Source of the DNA: Rubripirellula sp.
GTDB lineage: Bacteria > Planctomycetota > Planctomycetia > Pirellulales > Pirellulaceae
Assembly: GCA_965216875.1 (NCBI GenBank)
Contig: OZ244207.1
Coordinates: 2,720,001 to 2,784,000, forward strand
DNA length: 64,000 nt
Reading direction: 5' to 3'
Of this stretch, positions 50,827-61,250 are shown piece after piece; the first letter of the stretch is position 1, and each line of letters opens with the position of its first letter. The notes under the pieces are model-generated. The model saw nothing but the letters and a program-made list of their open reading frames with translations, did no database searches and was not told where the DNA came from. A program made the position numbers and the translations under genes.

Positions 50827-52851
50827 ATGACTAGAATCAACACCAATGTCTCCTCGCTGGTTGCACAGAACCGACTGAAGACCAGCAACAACGACTTGCA
50901 ATCCGCTCTGACTCGACTGAGCACCGGTTTGAGAATCAATAGCGGTGCCGATGACCCCGCTGGTTTGATCGCCAGCGAGGCTCTTCGAAGTGAAATCACG
51001 GGTCTCAACAAAGCGATCTCGAACACGCAACGTGCCAGCCAGATCATCGCGACGGCCGACAGTGCCCTCGGGCAGGTCAGCACGCTGCTTAATGACGTCC
51101 GCGGCTTGGTTGTCGAAGCGGCCAACGGCGGTGCGTTGAGCGAAGAGGAAATTGCTGCGAACCAACTTCAAATTGACAGTTCGCTCGAAGCCATTAACCG
51201 AATCTCGCAGACCACGACCTTCCAAGGGCGTAAATTGCTTGACGGTTCACAAGACTTTGTCTCGACCGTCGGCAGCGTTTCGTCGGTCCGTGACGCAAGT
51301 ATCGAACAAGCCAAACTCGGCTCGGGCAACTTGAACGTCGAAGTCGTTGTCAGTGCAGCTGCTGAGCAAGCGACCGCAACGGCAAGTGCGTCGGCCTTTA
51401 CAACCGCCGCTCAAGCAAACGCAGCCACACCAGACGGCCGCGTTGGCACCGCCGCCATCGGTGGTGAAACGATCACAATCACCGGTGACGACGGATTCGC
51501 CAACGTGACTTTGGCTGACAATGCCGGCGATGGCACGGGTGTCGTCTCTTACAACTCGGGCACCGGCGAATTGACCATCTCGGCCGACTTCACCGGGACC
51601 TCAGCTGACGCTCAAGTCATTCAAGACGCAATCGACGACTTGGATGGTTTTGTTGCAACGGGTGCCTCCGGTGCTGGTACCGGTGGTGGTACTGCGGGTA
51701 CGACCGCAACCGCTGCAGCCGGCGCGGTTGTTGACATCACCGCCGTCAACAGCGGCTCGGATTACAACAATGTGACCGTTGAATTTGTCTCGGGTGCCTC
51801 CAACGCAGCCGACTACGACAGCGAACAAAAAGTCTTGACCGTTACGGTCAACTCCTCGGCACCTCAAACCGCGACGGCCATCGCAAGTGCGATTGGAAGC
51901 CACACCGTTGACGGAGCATCGGCCACAGCACTTTTCAGTGCCACTGGATTGGCCAACGCTTCGGTTGACATCGGCGATGGCGTCGACTCGATCACCACCG
52001 GCAGCACCGGCGGTGAAGTGTTGGCAGCCGACTTGGTCTTCCAACTCAACGGCTCGCAAGGTGCTGAAACATTCAACTTTGGTTCGGGAACGAGCAAAGA
52101 CCAGATCGCTGAAGCCATCAACTTGGTCTCCGACAGTACCGGTGTCGGTGCCGCTGTGGCATCGGGTGCCTTGACACTGACATCGACCGACTACGGTAGT
52201 GATGCTTTGGTCAATGTCGATGTGATCAATGAAGGCTCGGGCGGAACCTTCGCCTCCAACCTTGACACCACTCGCGACACAGGTACCGACATTCAAGCCA
52301 AGGTCAACGGTGTCGAAGCAACCGGAAACGCGAACACATTGTCGATCAACACCAGTTCGCTTGACTTGTCATTGACCGTTGATGACGGCAGCAGCACCAA
52401 CTTCTCGTTCTCGATCTCGGGCGGTGGAGCCACCTTCCAATTGGGACCTGAAGTCAGCAGCACTCAGCAAGCCGCACTCGGCATCGGCAGCGTCAGCACC
52501 GGTCAACTCGGTGGTGCCACTGGACGTTTGTACGAACTCGGCAGCGGTCAGGCTCGCAGCTTGAACAATGATGTGACCGGAGCCGCAAAGATCATTGACG
52601 AAGTGATCGGTAAAGTCACCGGCCTTCGCGGTCGATTGGGTGCGTTCCAGTCCACGACGCTGGAAAGCAACTTGGTCTCGCTCAATGACACCAAAGCCAA
52701 CCTGCAAGAAGCAGAAAGCTCGATCCGCGACGCTGACTTTGCTCAAGAGTCGGCGAAGTTGACCCGAGCTCAGATCCTGGTTCAGTCGGGCACCAACGTG
52801 TTGTCGCTGGCCAACCAGAATCCACAAAACGTTTTGGCTCTGCTGCGATAA
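50827..52851 (+). CDS. fliC: Flagellin
   Basis: MTRINTNVSSL, RLSTGLRINSGADDPAGL, IRDADFAQE, QNVLALLR. Confidence 0.97.
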   Translation: MTRINTNVSSLVAQNRLKTSNNDLQSALTRLSTGLRINSGADDPAGLIASEALRSEITGLNKAISNTQRASQIIATADSALGQVSTLLNDVRGLVVEAANGGALSEEEIAANQLQIDSSLEAINRISQTTTFQGRKLLDGSQDFVSTVGSVSSVRDASIEQAKLGSGNLNVEVVVSAAAEQATATASASAFTTAAQANAATPDGRVGTAAIGGETITITGDDGFANVTLADNAGDGTGVVSYNSGTGELTISADFTGTSADAQVIQDAIDDLDGFVATGASGAGTGGGTAGTTATAAAGAVVDITAVNSGSDYNNVTVEFVSGASNAADYDSEQKVLTVTVNSSAPQTATAIASAIGSHTVDGASATALFSATGLANASVDIGDGVDSITTGSTGGEVLAADLVFQLNGSQGAETFNFGSGTSKDQIAEAINLVSDSTGVGAAVASGALTLTSTDYGSDALVNVDVINEGSGGTFASNLDTTRDTGTDIQAKVNGVEATGNANTLSINTSSLDLSLTVDDGSSTNFSFSISGGGATFQLGPEVSSTQQAALGIGSVSTGQLGGATGRLYELGSGQARSLNNDVTGAAKIIDEVIGKVTGLRGRLGAFQSTTLESNLVSLNDTKANLQEAESSIRDADFAQESAKLTRAQILVQSGTNVLSLANQNPQNVLALLR

Positions 52852-52882
52852 CTTCGCCGAGTCACGACGAGCAATCCATCGA

Positions 52883-52918
52883 CAAACGGTCGCCGAATTC
52901 CATCGGCGACCGTTTTTT
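52883..52918 (+). terminator. Rho-independent terminator after fliC
   Basis: AAACGGTCGCCGA...TCGGCGACCGTTTTTT. Confidence 0.9.
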
Positions 52919-52947
52919 CGTTTCCACGCGGAGCGGGTAACGAGGAT

Positions 52948-53004
52948 GGGAGCGTGAGGCTCCTGCCGAACCTCGAGCGCAGCTCCGCAGGAGCGTCGCC
53001 CTCC
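52948..53004. repeat. Inverted REP-like pair
   Basis: GGGAGCGTGAGGCTCCTGCCGAAC and inverted GCTCCGCAGGAGCGTCGCCCTCCC. Confidence 0.6.
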
Positions 53005-53384
53005 CGTTGTTCGTTCGGCTCACGGGCCGTCGCTAGGGATTCCATCACCGGTATCGCTGAGAGCACTGACAGCGGTGATGACGGCTGGTCCACTTATGCG
53101 ATCGTTGGACGGACTTCTTGATCGTCTTCTTGGCAATGCGTGCCCGAGCGGGGGGTGGTTCAGCCGATCCAACTCCACATGGGCCAGCGCTGAGACTCCA
53201 GACCTGGCCCGGAACGGAATCGCATTTTGGGTACGGATCACCCAACGCAACCGGTTCGCTCGTCGAATCCGTCGCACACGCGAGAGCTCTCACGTGACTG
53301 CATTGGAAGTGCAGCATCTCGGATCGCGCGTATCGTGTGGCGGCTAATGGATCGCGACGAGTAAGCATGTAAAGGATTCGTACA

Positions 53385-54854
53385 ATGAGAACCAACATTC
53401 TGCGCAGCTTCGCTGTCGCCATCGGTTTGAGCACCTGCTCAATCGGACAAGCACAATACACATCGCCGGCCTCTGCCTACACGTCACCGGCCCCCTACTC
53501 ATCGCCAGCCAAGTGGAACAACTTCAACGTTCCCAAGAACGTCTTCCTGACCGCTGCGGACAATCATGCCGCACAGCAGGCCGATGACGTTGCTGCCGAG
53601 CTTCCGGCTCCCAAACCACAAGTTGACGCCACCGCAGACGCGCCGGCTAAAATGGTGGGAAGCGCGATCGGTAGTGCTGAGGTTGCCGCCGACGACGGAA
53701 GCTGCAACAGCTGCTACTCCACGGCTGCCGCCGCGCCATGGAGTGGACGCCCTCAGCTTGCACGCTACTTTGGCGGTGCCAGCCTGCTGTTCCTGACGAT
53801 GGAAAACAAAGGCTATCGCAACCTGATCAACAATGATGCAACGGGAGCCGTTCTTTTCACCACAGCCGATGTTGATCCAAGTGGCAGCACCGGGTTTGAA
53901 GTCTTTGGCGGACGCTACATCAACTGCAACCGCCACGCCTTGAGCTTCGGGTACATGCTTTGGAATCCCGGCGAGCAAGAAATCTTGTCGATTCCAGGCG
54001 TTGCCGGGGCCTACCGTGCTCCCTTCCCTGCATTCAATGACATCAGCGTCGACCCAGGTACCGGTGTCGACACGATCTACAACCACTTTGATGGTGCAGC
54101 CGGCTATCGCGTCCGGCGCGACCTCCGCTTCCAAGGCATCGAAGCGAACCTTTCGAGCTTCGGTATTGGCGGCGCCGGTCGAGTCGCTTCGTGCAACCCT
54201 CGATCGATTCTTGGCAGCCGCTTTGGCGCCGGTATCGGTCTCGGTAAACACAGCTGCCGCGGCTACGGTGGAATGGGTGGACCACTCACACGCGGCGCCT
54301 GCGGTCGCTTGCAACTGGTGACAAGCCACGGGTTCCGTTGGTTCCAAGTCCGCGACGCCTTCGAGCTTGCAGGCAACATCGACGGCACAGTCGGGTATCA
54401 AGCCAACGATATCTATTACAACGTCGATACCCGAAACAACCTGTTTGGTTACCAATTCGGTGGTCGGCTGATCTACGTTCTCGGCTGCCGCTGGAACCTC
54501 TCGGTTGGTGGTAAGTTTGGCCTCTATGGCAACCGCGCCGAGTACCGTCAACGAATCGGAACCTTGGGCACCTTGGCCTATCGCAATGCGACGCCAACCG
54601 ATTTCATCCTAACCGAAGACAAAGACACCGTCTTGTCGACTTTGGGCGAACTGGACCTGGGCGTCGGCTTCCGACTCAGTGCCGCTTGGACCATTCGAGG
54701 CGGATACCGTTTGATGGGTGTCACCGGATTGGCAACGGCAACCGATCAATTCGCTCCCGAATATGGGTCGTCATTGCTGCCAAGCACCTACCTCAGTGCA
54801 AACGACTCGATCGTTTTGCACGGTGGATACCTCGGTGCCGAATACAACTGGTAA
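53385..54854 (+). CDS. Planctomycete outer-membrane beta-barrel protein (BBP7/DUF1551-like)
   Basis: Signal peptide; NNLFGYQFG, IRGGYR, C-terminal LHGGYLGAEYNW. Confidence 0.78.
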   Translation: MRTNILRSFAVAIGLSTCSIGQAQYTSPASAYTSPAPYSSPAKWNNFNVPKNVFLTAADNHAAQQADDVAAELPAPKPQVDATADAPAKMVGSAIGSAEVAADDGSCNSCYSTAAAAPWSGRPQLARYFGGASLLFLTMENKGYRNLINNDATGAVLFTTADVDPSGSTGFEVFGGRYINCNRHALSFGYMLWNPGEQEILSIPGVAGAYRAPFPAFNDISVDPGTGVDTIYNHFDGAAGYRVRRDLRFQGIEANLSSFGIGGAGRVASCNPRSILGSRFGAGIGLGKHSCRGYGGMGGPLTRGACGRLQLVTSHGFRWFQVRDAFELAGNIDGTVGYQANDIYYNVDTRNNLFGYQFGGRLIYVLGCRWNLSVGGKFGLYGNRAEYRQRIGTLGTLAYRNATPTDFILTEDKDTVLSTLGELDLGVGFRLSAAWTIRGGYRLMGVTGLATATDQFAPEYGSSLLPSTYLSANDSIVLHGGYLGAEYNW

Positions 54855-54879
54855 GCCCAACCGACTGAATCGACAAAAG

Positions 54880-54918
54880 AAAAGAGCCCCGTCCAACGTT
54901 TGGCCGGGGCTCTTTTTT
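54880..54918. terminator. Bidirectional terminator
   Basis: AAAAGAGCCCCG...CGGGGCTCTTTTTT between convergent genes. Confidence 0.85.
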
Positions 54919-54944
54919 CGTATGAATCGAAATGCGCTACGGAC

Positions 54945-55442
54945 CTACATCATCAACGGATCGCGTCCCGCGGCGCGCCGGCAATCGGCAACCTGACCGG
55001 CATGGAAAGCAATGTGCGTGCTCATCGCCGCAAAACAGGCACCGACCGTCCCGAAAAACGCTCCGTATTCTTCGGGCGCGCCGGTCTTGGCGTCCAAGTC
55101 GCTCTCGCTGATCGAGTCGAGCTTTTCAAGTGTTGCCGCTCGCACTCCCTGGAACTTACCCATCAACTCTTCGAAACTCGGGTAGTCATCCAAGTTACTC
55201 GAAGGCGTGCTCTTGGGAGCGAACAGACTTTCCCAGTCCGCGAATCGATTCTCTTGGCCAATGATGAAGCCATCCAACAGAAAACTCTCGCCATAGGCGA
55301 GGTGGCCAAGGATCCAAAGTGGGTGATTGCCACCGTTGGCCGTTGGTTGTTGTAAGGGTGCGTTTTGCATGTCTTGAATCAGCCCCATGCACCAACCCGT
55401 ACTGTTTTCGAGCGACAGTCGAATCAGATCATTAGCCTTCAT
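54945..55442 (-). CDS. DinB/DUF664-family protein
   Basis: GNHPLWILGHL and HIAFHAGQ His triad; start at MKAND. Confidence 0.85.
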   Translation of the reverse strand: MKANDLIRLSLENSTGWCMGLIQDMQNAPLQQPTANGGNHPLWILGHLAYGESFLLDGFIIGQENRFADWESLFAPKSTPSSNLDDYPSFEELMGKFQGVRAATLEKLDSISESDLDAKTGAPEEYGAFFGTVGACFAAMSTHIAFHAGQVADCRRAAGRDPLMM

Positions 55443-55489
55443 TGGAATCCCCGCTTTGGATGAGTGGTCGAACTTGCCAGAGCGGCGGA

Positions 55490-57955
55490 TTATATCCGCG
55501 CAACCGACTCTGCGGATGCATGTTTGGGACGCAACGAAGAATCTTCTTCGACGACTGGAAGCTGCCGAACGTCGTTGGGTTCGGACGAGTCTTCTTGGTC
55601 CGCATACAAAGCGCCACCATGACTTGAGCCCACCGTGTGAGATAGCCAACGCCCGAGCGGTGTCGACATCAGAGTGGGCAACAAGAACACAACGCCAAGT
55701 AGTGCGGCGGTGAGCAACCCAAACATGAACAACGAGAACTGACTGGTGGGAACAAAATCGCTGAACCAATACACCATCAGTGAAAGGCCGCACACAAACG
55801 TCGTTTGCAACATCGCCCAAAAGCACTGCGAAAGCGCCCCGTAGGCGGCTCGAATCTGGCCGAGCCCGCGGGATCGCCGCGCACCATATCGGCTCAAAAG
55901 ATGAACGGTGTCGTCGACCGCGATCCCAAGGGCAACGCTCGCGGACATGACCGATCCGATATCAAGCGGCAATCGAATCAACCCCATCAAGCCGAACAAA
56001 GCAATCGTCGGAAAGAGGTTCGGCGCCATCGCGATCAGTCCGCCGATCACACTCCGCAGCATCAGTGTCATCACAATCGCGATGATGCCGAACGCAGTCA
56101 TAAAGCTACGAAAGAGGTCACTCAGGAGAATCTCTTGCGACTTTTGGACGATCGTCACATGTCCGGTCAGGGTCACCGTGGTGGGGACCGCCGCATCTGC
56201 CAATTCATCTCGAATCGCCCTTTCGATCGCAACGATTTCGGCCCCATAGTCCTCTTGGTCTCGCTGGGGCATCCGCAAGCTGATCCGCCAAATCTCTTCT
56301 TGATCGCTACGCGCGATGAACCCAAGTTTTCCGAGCGATGATTCGGGATCTCGAATCAGCTGCTTGATCACACTGCGTTTGGCGGCCGCGCTGAGACTTC
56401 GTTTTCGAGGAATGGACGGCACAAACGACATCGCCGACAGCACGCCTTCGACACAAGGTTCGTTCAGTGCACTGATGTGAGCGCGACGAATCAGATCGAG
56501 ACGCTCGAGCGGATCGTCTTCCTCGGTGGCAAGCGGAAAGCTAACCAACAAATCGCCAGTCACCGTTGGGCCAACATGGTTTTCGAACCACGTGTACTGC
56601 TGGCGAATATCGCTATCGGGCAAGAACATTCGTGGAATGTTGACCGAGCTATGCAGCTTTGTCAGGCCTGTCGACAACACGACGGCGACCAGCAGGAATG
56701 CGGTGATCAAAGGCCAAGGCTTCGCCAATCGGCGACGCATCCAAACGCTCCATCCTCGCCGGCTATCATTCGCGGCACCCTCGACCGGTTGCTTTCGCTT
56801 GACGGGTGTCAGCAACATGGCCCCTGGCAACACCAAAAACAACAACACCAGCGTTGTGATCACGCCGATGGATGCGATCGCACCGAACAATCGCACAGGC
56901 TCAAGTCGAACAAGCATCAACGAGCCAAGTCCGATCACGGTCGTTCCGGTTGCCAAACAGCACGGGGCGACTCCCGCCTGCATCGCACGGCGAGCCGCTT
57001 GCGCGCGAGACATGTCGGGGAACTCACGTGCGGCATCAAGGTAATAGTTACTCAGGTGAATGCCGGCAGAAACCGTTAACACAAAAACGAGCGGTGGCAA
57101 CACGATCAGAACGGCGTTCATCGGTACGCCAGCGTAGTAGACCGAAGCCAGCACCAGACCTTCGCCGATCACTGCGGTTGCGACAATCGCCGCCGTCATC
57201 GGCAAGCTCCGAAGACAAAGCAAGCAGAGGATCGCGGCCACGATCGCCGATGGCGGTGAAAAGAATCGAATGGACTCGATGCTCGCTGTATCGACGGTCG
57301 CACCATCGAGCGGTCCGCCCACCAGCGCAACCTCTTTAACGTTCATGTCGTTAAGCCGCGCGACCATCTCACGAAGCTTTGGAACGAGGTACCTTCGGTT
57401 CTGAATCCCAGACTCAGCGAACGAAACGACCAAACAACTCTGCTTGCCGTCACGCCCGACCAACGATCCTTGCAAGCGACGAATCGCCGAGGCCTCGGAG
57501 ATGTTGGCGGGTGCAGACGTTAGCCGATTGAGCGTGTCGTTGCCGCTCCGCACCCATTCCAAGGGTGTGTCGGTGCCACATTCATCGCGAACATCAAGGA
57601 TGGCGTCTTGAGCCCACGTCGGGTGTTCACTCAGCGCGATCAGGTCGTTGTCTGGTTCGAAGTCCGCACTGCTCAAGTTGCGAAGCAGACTCGCCGACCG
57701 ATCAAGCGAATCCGAACCGAGCACAGCGCCGTCCCATGAGACCATCACGATGTCGGCACCCGAAAAGTTCTCGACGAACTTGTTGAAATCTTGCTTCACC
57801 TCGAGATCATCAGGCAGCCAATCCGAGGGGCGATTGAAGAGTGAACCAATCGCTGCGTGCGAATGAATCGCAGCGGGGAGGGCGAGGAGAATGAGCAAGA
57901 GCGCGCCTACCTTCAGCCGGCGATAATATCGCTGCTGGAGGTCATCGTCACTCAT
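55490..57955 (-). CDS. MMPL/RND-family transporter
   Basis: Two TM blocks; ALGIAVDDTVH motif. Confidence 0.88.
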   Translation of the reverse strand: MSDDDLQQRYYRRLKVGALLLILLALPAAIHSHAAIGSLFNRPSDWLPDDLEVKQDFNKFVENFSGADIVMVSWDGAVLGSDSLDRSASLLRNLSSADFEPDNDLIALSEHPTWAQDAILDVRDECGTDTPLEWVRSGNDTLNRLTSAPANISEASAIRRLQGSLVGRDGKQSCLVVSFAESGIQNRRYLVPKLREMVARLNDMNVKEVALVGGPLDGATVDTASIESIRFFSPPSAIVAAILCLLCLRSLPMTAAIVATAVIGEGLVLASVYYAGVPMNAVLIVLPPLVFVLTVSAGIHLSNYYLDAAREFPDMSRAQAARRAMQAGVAPCCLATGTTVIGLGSLMLVRLEPVRLFGAIASIGVITTLVLLFLVLPGAMLLTPVKRKQPVEGAANDSRRGWSVWMRRRLAKPWPLITAFLLVAVVLSTGLTKLHSSVNIPRMFLPDSDIRQQYTWFENHVGPTVTGDLLVSFPLATEEDDPLERLDLIRRAHISALNEPCVEGVLSAMSFVPSIPRKRSLSAAAKRSVIKQLIRDPESSLGKLGFIARSDQEEIWRISLRMPQRDQEDYGAEIVAIERAIRDELADAAVPTTVTLTGHVTIVQKSQEILLSDLFRSFMTAFGIIAIVMTLMLRSVIGGLIAMAPNLFPTIALFGLMGLIRLPLDIGSVMSASVALGIAVDDTVHLLSRYGARRSRGLGQIRAAYGALSQCFWAMLQTTFVCGLSLMVYWFSDFVPTSQFSLFMFGLLTAALLGVVFLLPTLMSTPLGRWLSHTVGSSHGGALYADQEDSSEPNDVRQLPVVEEDSSLRPKHASAESVARI

Positions 57956-58224
57956 ACGCATCCTTTCCGCGTGCAGGCACATTCGGTCTCCCCATTCCGC
58001 GGAACCTCGAAAAAGATCCTCATTGGGGAGGCCAAACGGCTAATGGCCAACCTTGGTTATAGACCACCTATGCCCCTGCTGGCAGGGTACGACGGGGAGT
58101 GACAGATCGTATCGGCGGTCCAAAATGCCCTCCCACAGGGTTAACAACCCTGTATCGTGTCGGTAAGGAGTGCATTGGGTGAGTTTCCCCGCCTCTGAAT
58201 CCCTTCGAATTTGGTGGATTTGCA

Positions 58225-59463
58225 TTGTTGAAATCGAGTTACGACTGTGTGGTGATCGGTGCTGGCCCTGGTGGGGGTGCCGCGGCGGCGGTCACGGCCG
58301 CCGGTGGCGTGGACACGCTGTTGATTGAACGGGATGCCATTCCGCGGTTTCACGTCGGCGAATCGCTCATGCCCGAGACGTATTGGCCGCTCGAGCGTTT
58401 GGGCCTGTTGGATCGTGTGCGAACCAGCGGCTGGCAGACCAAAAAGAGTGTTCAGTTCGTGACACACCGGGGGACCGAGTCCGAGCCATTCTTCTTTCGC
58501 CAACACGACGACCGTGAGTGCAGCACCACTTGGCAGGTCGAACGCAGCGAATTCGACAAGATGTTGTTTGATCGCGCCGCCGAACTTGGTGCCGACTGCC
58601 AAGACCAGACCCGCCTACTTGACGTCTGTTTTGACGAAACGGGAAAAGCGACGGGAGTGCGTGTTCGTGATCGCGACGGCAACGAACACGACATCAGCTC
58701 CAAAGTGGTTGTCGACGCCTCGGGCCAATCCGCAATCATCGCGAGCCGCCTTGGGTTAAAGGAGATCAACCCGGATCTTAAGAAGGCAGCGATCTGGGGC
58801 TACTACAAAGGTGCCGTACGAGGCGAAGGAGACAATGAGGGCGCCACGATCATCTTGAATACCGAAATGAAGGAGTCGTGGTTCTGGTTCATCCCCCTGT
58901 CTCGCGGAATCACAAGCATCGGCTGTGTCGGCGACAACGACTACATGCTCAAGGGACGCGGCAAACCCGAACAAGTCTTTGAAGAAGAACTGGCAAAGTG
59001 CCCCGGCCTGACACCACGTTTGATGTCGGCTCAACGCCTCGGCGATTTGAAGGTTGCGAAAGAGTTTTCGTACATGACGTCGACCAGCAGCGGTGATGGC
59101 TGGGTCCTCGTCGGTGACGCACTTGGCTTCATCGACCCCGTGTATTCTTCCGGGGTCTACTTTGCACTCGAGATGGGAATCCGAGCCGGCGACGCGATCG
59201 TCCAAGGCGTCGACAAAGACGACCTCAGCGGACAGCAACTCGGATGCTGGATCGACGAATTCAAAGAAGGGGTCCACTGGATTCGCAAGCTCGTCCACGC
59301 GTTCTATTCGAAAGAATTCAGCATCGGACGGTTCATGAAAGAGCACCCAGAGCATCGCGGCAGTGTGACCGACCTGTTGATCGGACGGATCTTCAACGAA
59401 GGCGCCGCCAAAATGTTCGAAGATATGGATGCGTCGATCGCCCGCGCAAAGATGCACGCGTAG
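58225..59463 (+). CDS. FAD-dependent oxidoreductase, flavin-dependent halogenase-like
   Basis: GAGPGG, PRFHVGESL, WFWFIPL (WxWxIP), GDALGFIDPVYSSGV. Confidence 0.8.
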   Translation: MLKSSYDCVVIGAGPGGGAAAAVTAAGGVDTLLIERDAIPRFHVGESLMPETYWPLERLGLLDRVRTSGWQTKKSVQFVTHRGTESEPFFFRQHDDRECSTTWQVERSEFDKMLFDRAAELGADCQDQTRLLDVCFDETGKATGVRVRDRDGNEHDISSKVVVDASGQSAIIASRLGLKEINPDLKKAAIWGYYKGAVRGEGDNEGATIILNTEMKESWFWFIPLSRGITSIGCVGDNDYMLKGRGKPEQVFEEELAKCPGLTPRLMSAQRLGDLKVAKEFSYMTSTSSGDGWVLVGDALGFIDPVYSSGVYFALEMGIRAGDAIVQGVDKDDLSGQQLGCWIDEFKEGVHWIRKLVHAFYSKEFSIGRFMKEHPEHRGSVTDLLIGRIFNEGAAKMFEDMDASIARAKMHA

Positions 59464-59494
59464 CGGCGGTGTATTGATTCAATCGAGTTCGAGC

Positions 59495-59596
59495 GTCGTT
59501 TTTGCTTCGCAAAAGTTGCGTTTGTGAACGCGCTACTTTCGCGGAGCGAAAGGCGACTATAAAGAGCCTCTCAGCCTTGAGGCGAAAGGCGACGAT
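59495..59596. repeat. REP-like repeats (GCGAAAGGCGAC type)
   Basis: CTACTTTCGCGGAGCGAAAGGCGACTAT, a second GCGAAAGGCGACGAT and a degenerate inverted copy at 59495. Confidence 0.6.
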
Positions 59597-59954
59597 CTCC
59601 ACGCTCTGGCAAACGTAGTGATCGATGTCTTCTTTGAAGTTGGTGTTTGCGATTAGAGGCTAATCACAACCATCAACACGATGAGGATAAAGACCAATGA
59701 CACAACGACTTCCCTTGTTGTGAATCTGCAATGTCGACGCCGGAAAAGTCACCATTTGGTAAACAAGCGGTGAAGCGTTGACTAAGTTTTAGCGTCGATC
59801 GCAAATTGCCAGCAAGATGAATTTGCAATCAACGTCCGAGACGGCATCCAGCATCCTGCGCCGTCTACCTAAGCCACCCTGACTAACGCAGATCGTCCTC
59901 TTGGTAGCTTCGTAGGTCATGCTCCGCATGACAACCATCCACAAACCCTTGAAT

Positions 59955-60047
59955 GCCCGGCCGCTTACGCGATCGCGGCTCACAATCGATTCACTGGCTG
60001 ATCGAGTCCTCAACACCCGTGAGCCGCCGGCCGTCAGGCCTAGGGCC
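59955..60047. repeat. Family B REP-like pair
   Basis: GCCCGGCCGCTTACGCGATCGCGGCTCAC and GTGAGCCGCCGGCCGTCAGGCCTAGGGCC. Confidence 0.85.
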
Positions 60048-60155
60048 TTTGCAATCCCTACCCACGTGTAAGGCCCGGCGATCGCGGTACACAAAAAAAC
60101 GCACCACACTCCGATGAGCGTGGTGCGCACGAATTAGGTCAAAGCAACGAACCGC

Positions 60156-61097
60156 CTACAGGCCCAGATCGGCATACAGCGGCGTGCTGAGGTAGCGTTC
60201 ACCAAGGCTGCACATGATCGTCACGATCCGCTTGCCTTTCATTTCAGGTCGCGCCGCAACCTGAGCAGCGGCCCACATGTTTGCGCCACTGCTGATGCCG
60301 GCAACGATGCCTTCTTCTTTCGCCAACTTGCGTCCCCACTCGAAGGCGTCTTCGTCATCGACCTGGACAACATCATCAACAAGCGAGGTATCGAGGTTGC
60401 GAGGAACAAAACCAGCACCGATGCCTTGAATGCGGTGCTTCCCAGGATCACCACCACTGATCACGGGCGAGTGCTTTGGCTCGACGGCAAAGGTCTTGAA
60501 GTCCGGGTTGACCGACTTGATAAATCGGCTGACCCCGGTGATCGTTCCGCCGGTCCCCACACCAGCCACGATCGCGTCGATCTGTTGGCCGCTGTCTTCC
60601 CAAATCTCAGGTCCTGTGGTCGCTTCGTGGATCGCTGGATTGGCTGGATTGTCGAATTGCTGAGGCATGAACGAGCCGGCTGTCGAATCTGCCAATTCAG
60701 CCGCCCGATTGATCGCTCCCTTCATCCCTTCACCTGCTGGCGTCAAGACAAGGTTGGCGCCCATGCCGCGAAGCAACGCACGACGTTCGACCGACATCGA
60801 CTCGGGCATTGTCAGGGTCAACTTGTAACCTTTGGCAGCGCAGACACAGGCAAGCGCGATGCCAGTGTTGCCGCTGGTTGGCTCGATAATGTGCGTGTCT
60901 TTGTTGATCTTTCCGTCACGTTCACCGGCTTCGATCATCGCGACGCCGATTCGGTCTTTCACGCTATTGAGCGGCTGAAAGAACTCGCATTTGGCAAACA
61001 CGGTTGCGCCACCTTCGGGCACCAACCGATTGATCTGGATCATCGGGGTGTCGCCAATTGCTTTTGAAACGTCAGAGAAAGTGTTCCCACGTGGCAT
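60156..61097 (-). CDS. cysK: Cysteine synthase A
   Basis: SVKDRI (PLP Lys), EPTSGNTG, GVGTGGT, HRIQGIGAGF, GERYLST. Confidence 0.96.
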   Translation of the reverse strand: MPRGNTFSDVSKAIGDTPMIQINRLVPEGGATVFAKCEFFQPLNSVKDRIGVAMIEAGERDGKINKDTHIIEPTSGNTGIALACVCAAKGYKLTLTMPESMSVERRALLRGMGANLVLTPAGEGMKGAINRAAELADSTAGSFMPQQFDNPANPAIHEATTGPEIWEDSGQQIDAIVAGVGTGGTITGVSRFIKSVNPDFKTFAVEPKHSPVISGGDPGKHRIQGIGAGFVPRNLDTSLVDDVVQVDDEDAFEWGRKLAKEEGIVAGISSGANMWAAAQVAARPEMKGKRIVTIMCSLGERYLSTPLYADLGL

Positions 61098-61250
61098 CGC
61101 CTACTCCTTTGAGTCGATATTTTGGGGTGAATTCATGCGGTTACCCGCTCAGGATGATACGGCGAAACGACACAGCCATTCCAGAGTATCGATTGATTTT
61201 TAGAGTGTAGCCGGAGAGAGAGAGCCGGGCGCGGCCGACAAGACACCAGC

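Noticed and set aside
53499..54551. 350-aa minus-strand ORF
   Set aside because: Antisense to the beta-barrel gene; no motifs
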